64,000 bases of DNA, from positions 9,667,793 to 9,731,792 of the forward strand of contig CAVNZM010000008.1 in NCBI GenBank assembly GCA_963693365.1. Direction: 5' to 3'. Below the pieces are notes generated by a model that worked only from the letters and a program-made list of their open reading frames with translations, ran no database searches and had not been told where the DNA came from. The first letter of the stretch is position 1; the number at the start of each line of letters is the position of its first letter. A program made the position numbers and the translations under genes. The DNA is from Amoebidium appalachense (lineage: Eukaryota > Protista > Ichthyosporea). This document shows positions 1-13,180 of the stretch, in pieces.

Positions 1-27
1 ATACCCGGTCATTCAATACACAGCACC

Positions 28-170
<143 letters not shown>

Positions 171-364
171 CCATCCACAGCCACATCCACATGCACACAC
201 ACTCACACCCACCCAACCACCCACCCCCGCGGAAGAGAAATAGCAATGGCCACGGAAGAAAGAAAAAACGGTTCTTTTTTATTTTTTATTTTTTTTTAAA
301 AAAAAAAGCACAAGTCTACACTTCAGGGTGTGATTAAGCCGAAGCGCAAAGTCTGTAGCACCAC

Positions 365-822
365 CTAATAGGGAATCGGGAGTCGAAAAACAGGGGGAGA
401 ACCGGAATGTTCCTCAACAAGTCGGTAGGGTGGCACACACGGCTGAGATGGAATACAGAAAACGACATTCACAGTAATATAAACACAAAGAGTCTCTTTT
501 TTTTTGCCCCCTATATGTAAGGTACAAAACAAAGGAGAGAAGATACAACGAAAACAACAAAAAACGAGAAATAGGCATGAAAGGAGGGTTGGGGGGTTGG
601 GTGTTTTTTTTTTTTTTTTTTTTTTTTGGGGGGGGGGGGGGGGAAGAGCAACAAACCTTGCGAGGGGTCGGCATTTTCTTGCCGTGACTAGTGCTTGAGG
701 CGACTTGGGGGGTGGCCTGACAAGCAACCAATCAGACAGAGGTATAGTGAACACGTGAGGAACGACATGACTTATTATGGAAACATGGGGATGCAATGGA
801 GGAGGAGGAGGTAGGGGAGGAA

Positions 823-855
<33 letters not shown>

Positions 856-882
856 GAAGGGTCTGTGGGAGGGGGAGGGTGT

Positions 883-947
<65 letters not shown>

Positions 948-1670
948 GGAGGAGGATGGGTAATATTATTGATTTCTTCGTCTCTTCCTTCCTCTCTTCA
1001 GTCCCTTTCATTAATTGTGATGACACTTTACATTCATCAATTTGCTTACCCCTTCTTTAGCTCTTCTTTCACATATTTTTTAAATTTTGAATTTATTCTC
1101 TCCCCCCTGTCTCTCCTGAGCCATTGTCCCCTCCCCCCCCCCCCCCCCCCCCCCCCCCAAAAAAAAAGAATAGACATTATCAATTAGAATCACACGTGTG
1201 CTCACAAAAGGGCTATGGAGCAAGGCGGGGCTTAAGGTTCCACACGTATCCGTAAACAGAAACCGTGTACCGGACTCTAACATCCGCCAGAGGGGGAGGG
1301 GGGGGGGGGGAGGGGGGGGGGGGGGCTTGAATGCGAAACACGACACGAAGTACACATACACGATGAGAAGCATATGGCAGGACACATGCAAAGGCAAACA
1401 TTCAAGTATGCAACATCAGCAATGCGCACAGTATGCGTCATAAGCAGAGCCCATCCTCAGGGAGGGCCCAAGTTATCAATTGCGTCTGAGTTTCGGCCCA
1501 TGAGCCCGTGTATATACGACTCTCCAACTCAGACAGCAGCATCAACTGAACTTGGGAGGGCCAACCCGTCTTGATCAAAGACGCGCAGGGTTGCTTATGC
1601 AAGCAAGGTGCAAAACGGTGAAGATGTGCGCGGGCAAACTAATGCAGCATGCAACGAAAAAGGCGTATGT

Positions 1671-1701
<31 letters not shown>

Positions 1702-1720
1702 GGGGAAGGGGTACGAGTGT

Positions 1721-1751
<31 letters not shown>

Positions 1752-1939
1752 GGGGTCGAGGGTCGAGAAAGGGGGCTGGGAAGCGGTCCATACCTTGAAT
1801 TTGGCGGGTGGCTTCTGCTGTTTGGGTGTTGAGGGTGCAATTGGTGCCTCCTGGGTGTGTTCAAGGATGAGCAAGTGGGACATGGAGAAGGGGGCGGGGG
1901 ATAGGAAGGGTGGTGGTGGTGGTGGTGGTGTGTGTGTGT

Positions 1940-1998
<59 letters not shown>

Positions 1999-2393
1999 GG
2001 GAGGGGTAGGGCGAGGGGGGGGGGGGGGGGGGGGGGGGAGGTAAAGAAAAGGAGGTGGGGAGTTCAAACAGGAAAAGGAGGATGGAGAATTGTGTGCGTA
2101 TCTATCTGTGTGTGTGTCTTTGCCTTTGTAGAGATGGAGGGGGGGGGGGGGGGAGGGGGGAGGGGCAGGGGAGGTTTCTTTCATTTCATTGTTTCATCTT
2201 GTTAAACAAAAGGGAAAGAGAGGATGGACTTAGCAAAAAAGAACATCCTCCATGCTCGCCAACAACACAACCCCCCCCCCCCTCTTGGTTCCGCTCTGCT
2301 TCGCCACAACTGACACACCCACACCACCCCACCACCTCCACACCTGCCCCCACCCTCCCACCCATTCAAAATCACCTTCCCTCCCCCCTCCCT

Positions 2394-2432
<39 letters not shown>

Positions 2433-2737
2433 AACAAAACAAACACACACACAACAGAACACTCACACCCGCACACCACAACACCCGGCACAAACCAAAC
2501 ACTCCCACATTCACAACAAAACACCGCCCACACACACCAAAAGACACAACAGACACACACACAAATATTATTCACCCCAGGACACCCACCATCAACACGC
2601 AAATACACATGCCCACCACCCACACACACACACCCAGGACCAACCATACACCCATTTCCCTCCCCCTCCTCTTCCCCAAAGTAAAAAAACAAAAAAACCC
2701 CACATATCCCACCCACCCACATCGAAAACAAAAAACC

Positions 2738-2781
<44 letters not shown>

Positions 2782-2787
2782 CCCACC

Positions 2788-2821
<34 letters not shown>

Positions 2822-3130
2822 ACACACACACACAACCCATCCCCCCGCACACACCTGTACCCACCCACACTCACACCCTCCCCCCCCAACCCCCCCCCCC
2901 CCCCCCCCCCTACCCCCAAATCCCTACACACCGTCGACTTCCCCCCCCCTGCTCCTCCCCCACAAACACACCCTCCACTCCTCCCCCCCCCCCCCCCCCC
3001 AAACACACACACACACCCTCCACTCCTCCCCCCCCCCCCCCAAAAAAAAGAACACACACACACACACCCTCCACTCCCCCCTCACCCTCCCCCCTCCTCT
3101 CCCCCCCCCCCCCCCCTCCCCCTTCCCCCC

Positions 3131-3161
<31 letters not shown>

Positions 3162-5664
3162 ACCCACCTCCTCCAACACGTCTGTCTCCATGGCATCCGC
3201 CTCATCCGCCTCCTGCGTCGTCTCTGCCTCCTCCTGCCCGTCCTGGGCCTCCGACTAAAGTCCAAACCCCCCATCAGAATAAATAACGACCAATCATATC
3301 ATCTTTCCTTTGGTTCTAGGCTTGAACCTTTAACTAAAGTCCAAACCCCCCATCAGAATAAATAACGACCAATCATATCATCTTTCCGTTGGTTCTAGGC
3401 TTGAACCTTTAACTTAAGTCCAAACCCCCCATCAGAATAAATAACGACCAATCATATCATCTTTCCGTTGGTTCTAGGCTTGAACCTTTAACTAAAGTCC
3501 AAACCCCCCATCAGAATAAATAACGACCAATCATATCATCTTTCCTTTGGTTCTAGGCTTGAACTTTTAACTAAAGTCCAAACCCCCCATCAGAATAAAT
3601 AACGACCAATCATATCATCTTTCCTTTGCTTCTAGGCTTGAACCTTTAACTAAAGTCCAAACCCCCCATCAGAATAAATAACGACCAATCATATCATCTT
3701 TCCTTTGGTTCTAGGCTTGAACCTTTAACAAGCAAGATGCATTGTAGCACTCCCTTCCCCTCCCCTCTCCCCCTCTTCCCCCCTCCCCCAATAAAATAAA
3801 AAGTAAATGCATAATTAAAATAATAAAAGCCGACAGGCCCTCCCTCACGTGGTGTAACCCATCCACACCAATACACCCTCTATCTTCCATCCACCCTTCC
3901 CCTCCCCGCCTCCCCCCCCCCCCCCCCCTTTTTTTTTTTGTTTCCACGCTCCTTCCATAGGCAATATCAACCACCCCTACTTCAACCCTCGACGTCTCAA
4001 CCAACCCCCCCCCCTCCCCCACAAAAAAAAAGTAATAAAATAAAAATCAAAATAATTTATCAATAGAAGTGAAACAAAAAGAAATAAAAGACCACGCCCC
4101 TTCTCTCTGCATTCCACCAAACGTCTTCTTCCTCTTCTCCGAAAGTTACCCACCTACTACACATGCCACAGCGCCCCCCCCCCCCCCCCCCCCCCCTCCC
4201 CCTCCCTCCCTTTCCCCCCTCCCCTCCCCCTTCCCCCCCCCCCCTCCCCCCCCCCCGCCCCTCTTCCCCCCCAGGGCGAAGAAATGAAACATCCAACTCT
4301 ATGTCTCCACATACAGACACACACATACACACACACACACACCCCTACATTCTTTCCTCAGATATTGTCTAGCACCACAACAATGAAATCCCACAAAAAA
4401 ACATCACACACACCCTCCTTCCGCTACCCTCCACCTTTTCTTTTCAACTTCCCCATCGTGAAACCCCGTCCCCTTCCCCATTTCCCAAAGAACAATAAAG
4501 AATACCTCCCCCCCCCCCCCCCCCCTTCTTTTTAGGTCATTTTCTTAAATCCTTGCATTATCCACTTTCTCCCCCCTTGCATTATCCACTTTCTCCCCCC
4601 ATCTCTCCACACACACATTCTCTTGCCAACCGTGTCCCTACCCCATCCCCTCGCCCTCCCCCCCCCCCCCCCCCCCTCCCCACCCACCTCGCAATCCACC
4701 CTGACAAAAATTTTTGGGCCGATCTTGAACTCTTTGTCCAAGAGAGAGTCCAAATCGGTCTCCTCATCGTCCAGATAGGCGGAAATGTCCATTGACCCAG
4801 CATCGTCTTTTGGACTTTCTGGACGCCGAATGAACATTTTTACAATGCGGAAAATGCCCTATGGATAAACCGAACGTTAGGAAGCAATCAACAAGCCAAA
4901 AATACAGCTCAGTTCGTCCTCTAATTTTAAAGGCTTGAGGATATATTGAACTGAAAAGAGATAGGAAAAAAGGGGGGGCGCTAGTTCCTCCCTGGTCAAG
5001 AAACCAGGGGGTTTCGATCGGGCAAAAGGCAGAGCGGAGAGAGTTTTTTGCTTTCAACCGACTTTACAAATAGTCCTCATGCATGTGTGTCTGTGCTGTT
5101 TCTTCTTAGCAACCATCTCCTTTACTTTTATGCTTTTGGCTCATGGTCTCTGTTTCCCTTTCCTCATCCTCTCCGTCAGTGTTTTGAGTTCGAGAGAAAA
5201 GAGGGCCTCCCGAAGAAAAACCAAACCTTTCCCGTCTCAGTCGTATAAAACCAAAGTTTTTTCATCTAAACACATAATATGAACAGGGTGCCTCTGAAAC
5301 GTCCCACCCCACACAAGATGCTGTTATTGTGATGCTAGGATCCCAGAAAAATACCACAGGAAAACAACTTACGGGGCTATCACTCCTACCCCCCTTCTCC
5401 TTCCCCTCCTCCACCCAACCCCCACCCTTCCCCCCTTCCCCACCCTCCCCAAATGAAACGCTTACACACACAAACTACCTTGTCTGCAAAGCTCTTGCTG
5501 ATCTGTGCCTGTGCGGTGTCCAGCAATTGCTTCATGTTTTCTCTGCCGGTGGCCTTGACGAGCACCGTCTTACTGAGGAGCTCGCCATCACGATACACCT
5601 GTGCCACAATGGGCATGGACTTCTGTGATCCTCCTGTGTTGGGAATGATATTAGGAGACTTCAT
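365..5664 (-). CDS. Hypothetical protein (~212 aa), 6 exons: 5664-5479, 4858-4688, 3254-3168, 1850-1794, 716-657, 442-365
   Basis: Each exon has GT/AG boundaries, all five introns are phase 0, and the exons join into one open frame (MKSPNIIPN...SFADK|GIFRIVKMF...RVDCE|SEAQDG...VLEE|EAPIAP...AKFK|ATPQV...PRK|PCVPP...IPY*). The N-terminal ~120 aa look globular and the rest is acidic or Pro-rich. No family recognised; small exons may be missed. Confidence 0.7.
1328..1610. repeat. Dispersed intronic repeat family, diverged copy
   Basis: Shares ataagcagagcccatcctcaggg and cccgtcttgatca..agacg.gcagggttgcttatgca with 41294-41545. Confidence 0.8.
3255..3728. repeat. 79-bp minisatellite, 6 copies, in an intron of the first gene
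   Basis: Unit ctaaagtccaaaccccccatcagaataaataacgacc...gaacctttaa starts at 3255, 3334, 3413, 3492, 3571 and 3650. Confidence 0.95.
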
Positions 5665-7209
5665 GTCAGTTAATGATTGCTCTTGCTGACAGCTTGGTGA
5701 AATGTGTGCCGGTCTTGAAGACCGCAACCTTACGGGCGAGCAAAAGGAAAGCCTTTTGTCTAAGGTTACGTCGGTGCTGAAATAAAAACTCTTTGAGAAG
5801 CAGATTGGAATCAAACTCCTACATACGACCCTGTTGGGTTTTAATGCGCCAGACTTATGGAGTTCTCATTCGCATTAACACACCAAAGTGAGGTGCTCAC
5901 TCAGAAGCATGCTAGAAGAAAGACACGTGCAGAGGGGGGAAAGTAGATGGCAGTTCCATTCTTTATTTAGTGGATATAGGTAATATGGTAGTATATGGTA
6001 TCTTAGACACCTTTGTGAAAAGGATGCGAGTTTGAGAGTAATACAACTAGTTGCTTACACGTAAGCACATGCATGGAAAGAACAAGTAAAGGGCAATTCC
6101 GTTCTATATTATTAGGATGTGCTTGGTATGGGTGAAAACTTTGTGAAACTATGGTCGGGGGAATGTACTGTTTAATTAATCAGTTTTGCGAAATAAACCA
6201 GAGGCCTTCACTTACGCGGTGCTGAATAACTCTAATTGATGACCGGAAGCTAAAAAAGAACCACAGATTAGGAGACTCTGCACGGTTCGTCTGTAATACC
6301 TATCAAAAATTGGATGGAAGGGGAGGGAAGGAGGAGAAAGGGTAGGGAGAGCTATGTGGAGAAGGTGGTATGAATGATAGCTTACCGATTTGCGACATTT
6401 TGAATTTGGGGAATCAAGCCACGAAACGTGACAGACAGTTACCGTCCTCCTCTCACATGTGTTTCTTCCCTGTTTCTTCCTATTAGCTCCTTTGGTTGTT
6501 TGGAGATTAATCAGCTTCTTAATGCTAATAAGAAAGGCGTGGATGTGCACCGAAAAATAAGCCCCTTTATTCCGTCACGGTCACGACCAAAAGCTTGTGA
6601 CCAGTAAAAGTCGCGCTAATCTAAGGTCAATTAAAGATACCAGGGAATCTCAAGGGCTAACAATACTATTAATAGCAGTCAAGTAAACACTGAGACACAT
6701 CAGAAAGCGTCAACATAAATGAAATATCATTAGTCCCATTACCCCAGCTTATCTGCGAGACATAAAAGAGAAATTCATATTCATAAAAAATCGATACAAT
6801 TGCTATTCTTGCTTGGAGATTACTTTCAGGGGTTTCACTCTTCAAGTTTTAGCTCTATAGCTAGAGAGGTGCAGCGATCTTTAATGTGAACACACCCTTG
6901 ATGCCTGTTCAATTCAAAACTGAGGCTCCAATTGTGCACTTGCCAAATCGGGTCAAATTATTTTCTATTTTTGGATTCGTTTGCGTAATCGGCCAGTATA
7001 AGGTCATATCTTATTTCACACTGAAACGAAATACAAAACACAAAAAAAAGTAGGAATATAATTACCTTGCATGCATGCATAGTGTGTCAAGTGTAAGAAT
7101 ACGTGCGGCTGGTGACACACGTGTCGGGAAAAAAAAAACAAAAAAAAACCAAAAAAAAAAACCGATGCATCCTATCCACGTGCACAGCAGCACAGCACCG
7201 TAATATTTA

Positions 7210-7265
<56 letters not shown>

Positions 7266-7566
7266 CGTCATTTGATAGAGACGTGTTGTAGTTGAAACAC
7301 CCCAAGTCACTACATTGACCTTTGCATTTTATAAGTCTTTCAGAATTACCAGCACACTCAACATTTAGTTGAGATGAAGCTCTTGTAATTGTGTGACTTG
7401 GCAAGTGAGTTAGTGCGTGGGTGGGTGAGTGTGACTGTGTGTGTGCCAGCGAGAAGGTTGTTGTAAGGCTAGTGCAACGAGCTCAATATTCTGTATTTGT
7501 GCACAGGTGCACTGATGCGTTCAGCCGTGGTTCACGATGCATATGCCATGATGCTGAGTTATTCAC

Positions 7567-7672
7567 CTACCACCTACTGAGGCGGTGTCTCCTTTCTTTT
7601 CTTTTTTTTTTTTTTTGCCGCCTGAGTAGATGTATAACGTCGCACGTGCGGCAACACGTCGGTACGTGTTAG
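7567..7672 (+). mobile_element. MITE-like element, copy 1
   Basis: Imperfect 14-bp TIRs (ctaccacctactga...ggtacgtgttag); flanked by the exact 9-bp direct repeat gttattcac (7558-7566, 7673-7681). Confidence 0.85.
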
Positions 7673-7692
7673 GTTATTCACCAAGATCGACG

Positions 7693-7755
7693 CTAACACG
7701 TACTGACGTGTTGCCGCACGTGCGACGTTTTAACATCTACTCAGGCGGCCCTTTT

Positions 7756-7796
<41 letters not shown>

Positions 7797-7824
7797 AAGG
7801 AGACACCGCCTCTGTAGGTGGTAG
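7693..7824 (-). mobile_element. MITE-like element, copy 2 (inverted)
   Basis: Reverse complement of copy 1 with a longer poly-A tract; exact 9-bp TSD agatcgacg (7684-7692, 7825-7833). Confidence 0.85.
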
Positions 7825-7984
7825 AGATCGACGTGTCCTTAAATTTACAGTTTACTCGAATGCCCCTTGAAGCAATATTACTGAGCTTGGAATAACAATG
7901 TAGCTCTTCGAGCCTTTTAAAGTCAACATCGATATCAGTTCCTCTCAGCCTCTCAATAAAGCTCGTGGCAGCACTGAAGAAGGT

Positions 7985-8096
7985 CTACCACCTACTGAAG
8001 CGGTGTCTCCTTTCTTTTTTTTTTTTTTTTTTTACTTAAAAGGGACCTGAGTAGATGTATAACGTCGCACGTGCGGCAACTGGCAGTACGTGTTAG
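7985..8096 (+). mobile_element. MITE-like element, copy 3
   Basis: Same sequence as copy 1. Left flank is gaagaaggt; right flank reads gaagaagat once the 38-bp insertion and its duplication are removed (8/9 match). Confidence 0.8.
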
Positions 8097-8104
8097 GAAG
8101 AAGA

Positions 8105-8142
8105 CAAGGCCTCCTAAATGTTGTGCTATTTAGGAGGCCTTG
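8105..8142. mobile_element. 38-bp hairpin micro-element with 8-bp TSD
   Basis: Perfect 15-bp TIR caaggcctcctaaat/atttaggaggccttg with an 8-nt spacer, flanked by gaagaaga at 8097-8104 and 8143-8150. Confidence 0.7.
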
Positions 8143-8263
8143 GAAGAAGATCACTGAAGACCAAAGAGACACGCGCACGTGCGTCAAGCTGAGCCTGGCA
8201 CTCAGCCTGGGCGCGGCTTCCTCGGTGAGAGTGAGGTTGAGGCAGTGAGGGCCTGTCTGCCTG

Positions 8264-8336
8264 TGACGTCAGGCTGTGCGCCGGTGACGATGACGTCATG
8301 CATTCCAGCTGGCATGGCGATTCAATGAACCAATCA
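8264..8336 (+). promoter_or_regulatory. Putative Pol II promoter elements: two CRE palindromes (TGACGTCA) and a CCAAT box
   Basis: tgacgtca at 8264 and 8291 and ccaatc near 8330, about 210-280 bp upstream of the ATG at 8545. Confidence 0.45.
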
Positions 8337-8544
8337 CAACACGAGCTCGCACTACACAGCAGCTGGCTGGTTGAACACCGTGTTCTTCATTCTTTGTTTC
8401 TTTTCTATGGCGAGCCTCCACAGGATCATTCACAGTCGAGTCCCTTATGATCCTGTCAAAAGAAGTTGAGGGTTTTTTAAAGAGTTGAGGGTTTTTTAAT
8501 GACTGCAACACTGTGGAAGATCATCAGTGTAGAACCAGAAGAAA

Positions 8545-9251
8545 ATGAATACGCCAGACTCAGACATTGCTACTACAAACCGCTCGCTTTCACACGAGAA
8601 AAAGACTGAGGATGGGGTTGATGGACGAACAAGAGCAACAGCGGAATCGTCAAGGGTAATAGCTGTCGGAAAAAACGGGCAGGAGGAGTGGGATGTGGAT
8701 CAAGCGCACACAAGAGCAAGTGTAGAAAAGTTTCAAGAGAGAAACTGGCTCAGAAACTGGTGGAGGTTCAAGTTTCACCTGTTGGAGGAAGATAGGTTTG
8801 TTACATCTTACATAGCAACACCCAAGACACTGCTCCTTGTCCGGTCCATGTTGACGATTTATACGATCGTGACCTTGGCATGCGCCTTTGCGACGTATTG
8901 GGACGACGGCATGTTTGTATGTACCCAGCTCCTTTTTCACTCTAACTGCACGCTTTTTTTTTGTATTGCTCAATGTCATGACAGAGCTTGCAAACGTCGT
9001 GTGCGGACACAAGCGCATCACCTAGTATTACTAATGCCGCAAGCGTCTGCCCACGCATATACACGCACACACACGCGCGCAAATCGTCTAATAATGGCAA
9101 CCAACATAAAATGTAGAGTTTTAGCAGCACTTTTGCCCTCGCACTTCTGCTGGTTGCGTGATCGCAGGCAACTCTGAAAGTGTTTGAAGGAAATTACCGA
9201 CGACGGTTAGCTCACCAATACACAGACACACGCACACACACACACACACAT

Positions 9252-9282
<31 letters not shown>

Positions 9283-9432
9283 CGCACGCACGCACGCACG
9301 CACACACACGCACGCATACACACACACTCACTCATTCACTCACACACGCATACACACACACGCGTACGCACACATACACACCGTGTGACAAGTGCACACA
9401 CACACACTCACGCACACACATACACACCCACA

Positions 9433-9498
<66 letters not shown>

Positions 9499-10019
9499 AT
9501 ACACACACACATGGCAACACCGCAACACACATGGCAACACCGCAACACATGCACACGTGTGCGCGCAAGGCTCAAACTCTACCACGTGCACCTGTACATA
9601 AGGATCCCTGTTCGGCACATCTACCTTCACACGAGTCCGTGGACCTGCCAACCTCCTGTTTGCAAACACAGAGGAGATACAGACACATGAACATCAGAAT
9701 ACAAATCTTTAAGATGTTACATATGAACGTGCCAGTTCTAAAATGTACAGTATGTGGAAGGAATATCATCATTTTCACCAGTATCAGAACCCGGTGATTG
9801 GTGCTTCTTCCTCTTGAAGCCTCATAAAAGCAAAGGGGAAGGTGGGGGGGAAGGGGGAGGGAGGGAGGCTCAAAGATTTTGCACAGGCTCAGGATATGGA
9901 TTCCTTAGAAGAGGGTCTTTCACACGCTGTATATTGTGTTGTTATATTCAACGTACCTTTACACGGAGCTAACGTTATTGAGAATTGTGGTGACATTTCC
10001 CGGGGGGGGGGGGGGGGGG

Positions 10020-10050
<31 letters not shown>

Positions 10051-10472
10051 GGGGGGGGGAGGGAGGGGGGGGTCCCTATGTTGTGGTGGTCGCTATACCA
10101 GGGGTTCGCCATTATGAGAAGGGACTGTACTTCCATATCGCATCTTGACCCCCCCCCCCCCCCCCCCCCCCCACACACACAAAAAAAAAATAACAATAAT
10201 AAAGGAAACTAATTTAATACTGCAGTTCCGGTTTTTCACCAATCTCAGCTACATGGGTCTGACAATCTACATGATTGCCGCCACCGTACACTCAGGCAAG
10301 TTTCTTCCCTCTCCCTCCTCTCCCCCTACCTAGCTTGCATGGTACTGTGGATGATGTGGCCCCCCCCCCTGAGGATGTGCTCTGCTTATTATGCATACTC
10401 TATATTCCTGGTTGCATTCTGCATTGTGTTATCCGTTGTGAGTGTGTATTGCATACTCTACGGCGCATTTAC

Positions 10473-10528
<56 letters not shown>

Positions 10529-10722
10529 CACCTCCTCCTCTGCATCCTCACCTCACTTTCCTGATGAAGGGCTGTGAGATTATCGATATTTTGTGTTTGT
10601 ACTTGCATGCCAGTGTATACATTGCACCGTACGGTTTCTTTAATTTGATGTCTGCGTACTCCGTGCTGTGTACTGTGTATTTACCCCCCACCCCCCTCCC
10701 CCGGGGCATTGTCTCTCTATCA

Positions 10723-10756
<34 letters not shown>

Positions 10757-10763
10757 CCCCCCC

Positions 10764-10799
<36 letters not shown>

Positions 10800-10892
10800 T
10801 CTCTCTCTCTCTCTCGCTCTCTCTCGCTCTCTTTCGCTCTCTCGCTCTTCCCCCCCCCCCCCCCCCTTTTCCCTCTCTCTCCCTCTCCCTCT

Positions 10893-10987
<95 letters not shown>

Positions 10988-10991
10988 TCTC

Positions 10992-11025
<34 letters not shown>

Positions 11026-11532
11026 GTCCCCTCCCCCCTCCCTCCCTCCCCCTCCTCCCCTCACCTTTCCCCATTCCCCTTATTCGCAGGCCTGCCATTC
11101 TCCTCTCTAATCTATAGAAGACCGTTTTTAGATTTTTTGCAGTCCCGGTGCTGGATGATGCTGCATTTTTCTGGCATGCACCAGTTTTTGTCGTTAACCA
11201 TTTTTTGAGGGAGCTGGGGCATTACATCCGCTCTATGTTGATGATCTTCAGATCTCTTTGTGCACTGTTCTGAGTATCTCCCCCCCCCCCCCCCCCTCCC
11301 CCCAACACACACACAGACACACGCTTTTTCATGCCGTGCGCTCACACAGTCCTTTTCTGGCACAAAAAATGAACAAGGCACACACTCTGTGTGCGGTTGG
11401 ATATGTAGACGCCTCCCCGTAACACACACATTAAGCATACACGTGTGTGTATGCAGTTACGCATCAGCGCAGGGAAGTGCCCCCGTACATGTGCGCCTGT
11501 GCGCGCACAAAAACCCACATATAAACAAGCAG

Positions 11533-11567
<35 letters not shown>

Positions 11568-12642
11568 CACCCCCCTCCCCCCCCTCCCCCCCCCCCCCCC
11601 CCCCCCCCCCGTCCCCCCCCTCCTCCTCTCTCCCTCCCCCCTCCCCCCCCACACACACACCGAAACCCACGGAGTCTCCAAACCAATATCCCTTAAATTA
11701 ACCACCGACAACCACATCCTAACTTCCCTTATCTACACCCACAGCAATATACGTCTCACAGGGTGCCGGTGGTATGCCTCTCAGTATTATAGCCCAGCCC
11801 AGGTGGCTACGGCTATCATTCTGGATGCTCTATGAGGTGGTGGTTTGCTTTAAGGTCATCGTACCAATCGTCTATTGGGCATTCCTCTCTAAGAAAGCAC
11901 GTATGTTTATTGTCTCCCTCCCCTCCCCCCCTCCGCACACACACACACACACACAGACAGAAACTCACACAAAAATAAAATAAAAAAGAAGGGAAAAAGA
12001 AAAAAAGAAAAGAGTGAAGAGTAAGGTTTGGTGGTTTTGCCATTTTTCATATTTTCATGATAGTGTTCAAATTGTGATAATTTTCTACATTGTTCCACAT
12101 AATTTATCATGATCCCCTCCCCCCCCCCCCCCCCCCCCCTCCCCCAGCGGGCGGACACCCATCCATTTACCCAGTCAACAGTTAAACCGAGCAAGCATTA
12201 TGCCGAGGTGAATGGTTAAATTTGGGAGTAGTGTGATTTGAGTAAGAGCATGACCATATTACTGAATGCCTTCTCTGTTCTAGAGAGTGTCTGTTACAAG
12301 AGTTGAAACATGCGGCGCTTGGAACACTACAGGGAAAAATGAACAAAAACATAGAATCAAAACACAAAGAACCCAATAACCATGTGCATGTGAAAGCGTA
12401 ACGATGGATTCCTTAAACAAATCATACCTCTGACCACCACAGCGGCGTGGAGCGATAGCTACAAAGCGTGGCTCAACGTCAGTGTCCACGGTTTTGATTT
12501 TGTGGTGGTGTTTATCGAGGGTGTCTTTAACAGACACATAATGGTGCTGGGTCACTGCTGGGTGCTCATTGCCTTCATGCTACTCTACGCAATTGCCACA
12601 AATATCATCTACTATGCAAACACTGCGTATGTAGCCCCCCTC

Positions 12643-12679
<37 letters not shown>

Positions 12680-13129
12680 TCTCCCCCTATCCCCCCATCA
12701 CCACCACCACCACCTCCGCCGCCACAATCACCACCACCACCACTAACCACCCACCCACCCAACTTAGGGTCGTGTGGATGGCTTGGGCCCCCCCTGAGTA
12801 TGGGCTCGGCTTATGTTCCATTCTCCTTGTGTGTGCTTTACCGAGTCTGTGTCCTGTTGTCTGTTGTGGATGTGTTCTTTGTACTGAGCATCACATTCAT
12901 AACACGCATCCAACTACGCATGTTGCATACCCTCTGTACCTTAAACTGCCTATGCATACCTGTGCAGTTAAATTACATGTTCTGAATCTGTAATTCATAC
13001 TGTAAACCGGATTCCAATACCCCCTTCCCCCCCCCCTCACCCACGTCTCCCCATCACCATACACATACTAATCAAATGTACCTCACAAGCCTCTCGATCA
13101 TCGCATGACTAGGCTAAGCTACACACGCG

Positions 13130-13180
<51 letters not shown>

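Noticed and set aside
11150-11275. Possible intronic C/D snoRNA (TGATGA...CTGA)
   Set aside because: Box spacing is too short, and no terminal stem or rRNA guide was identified.
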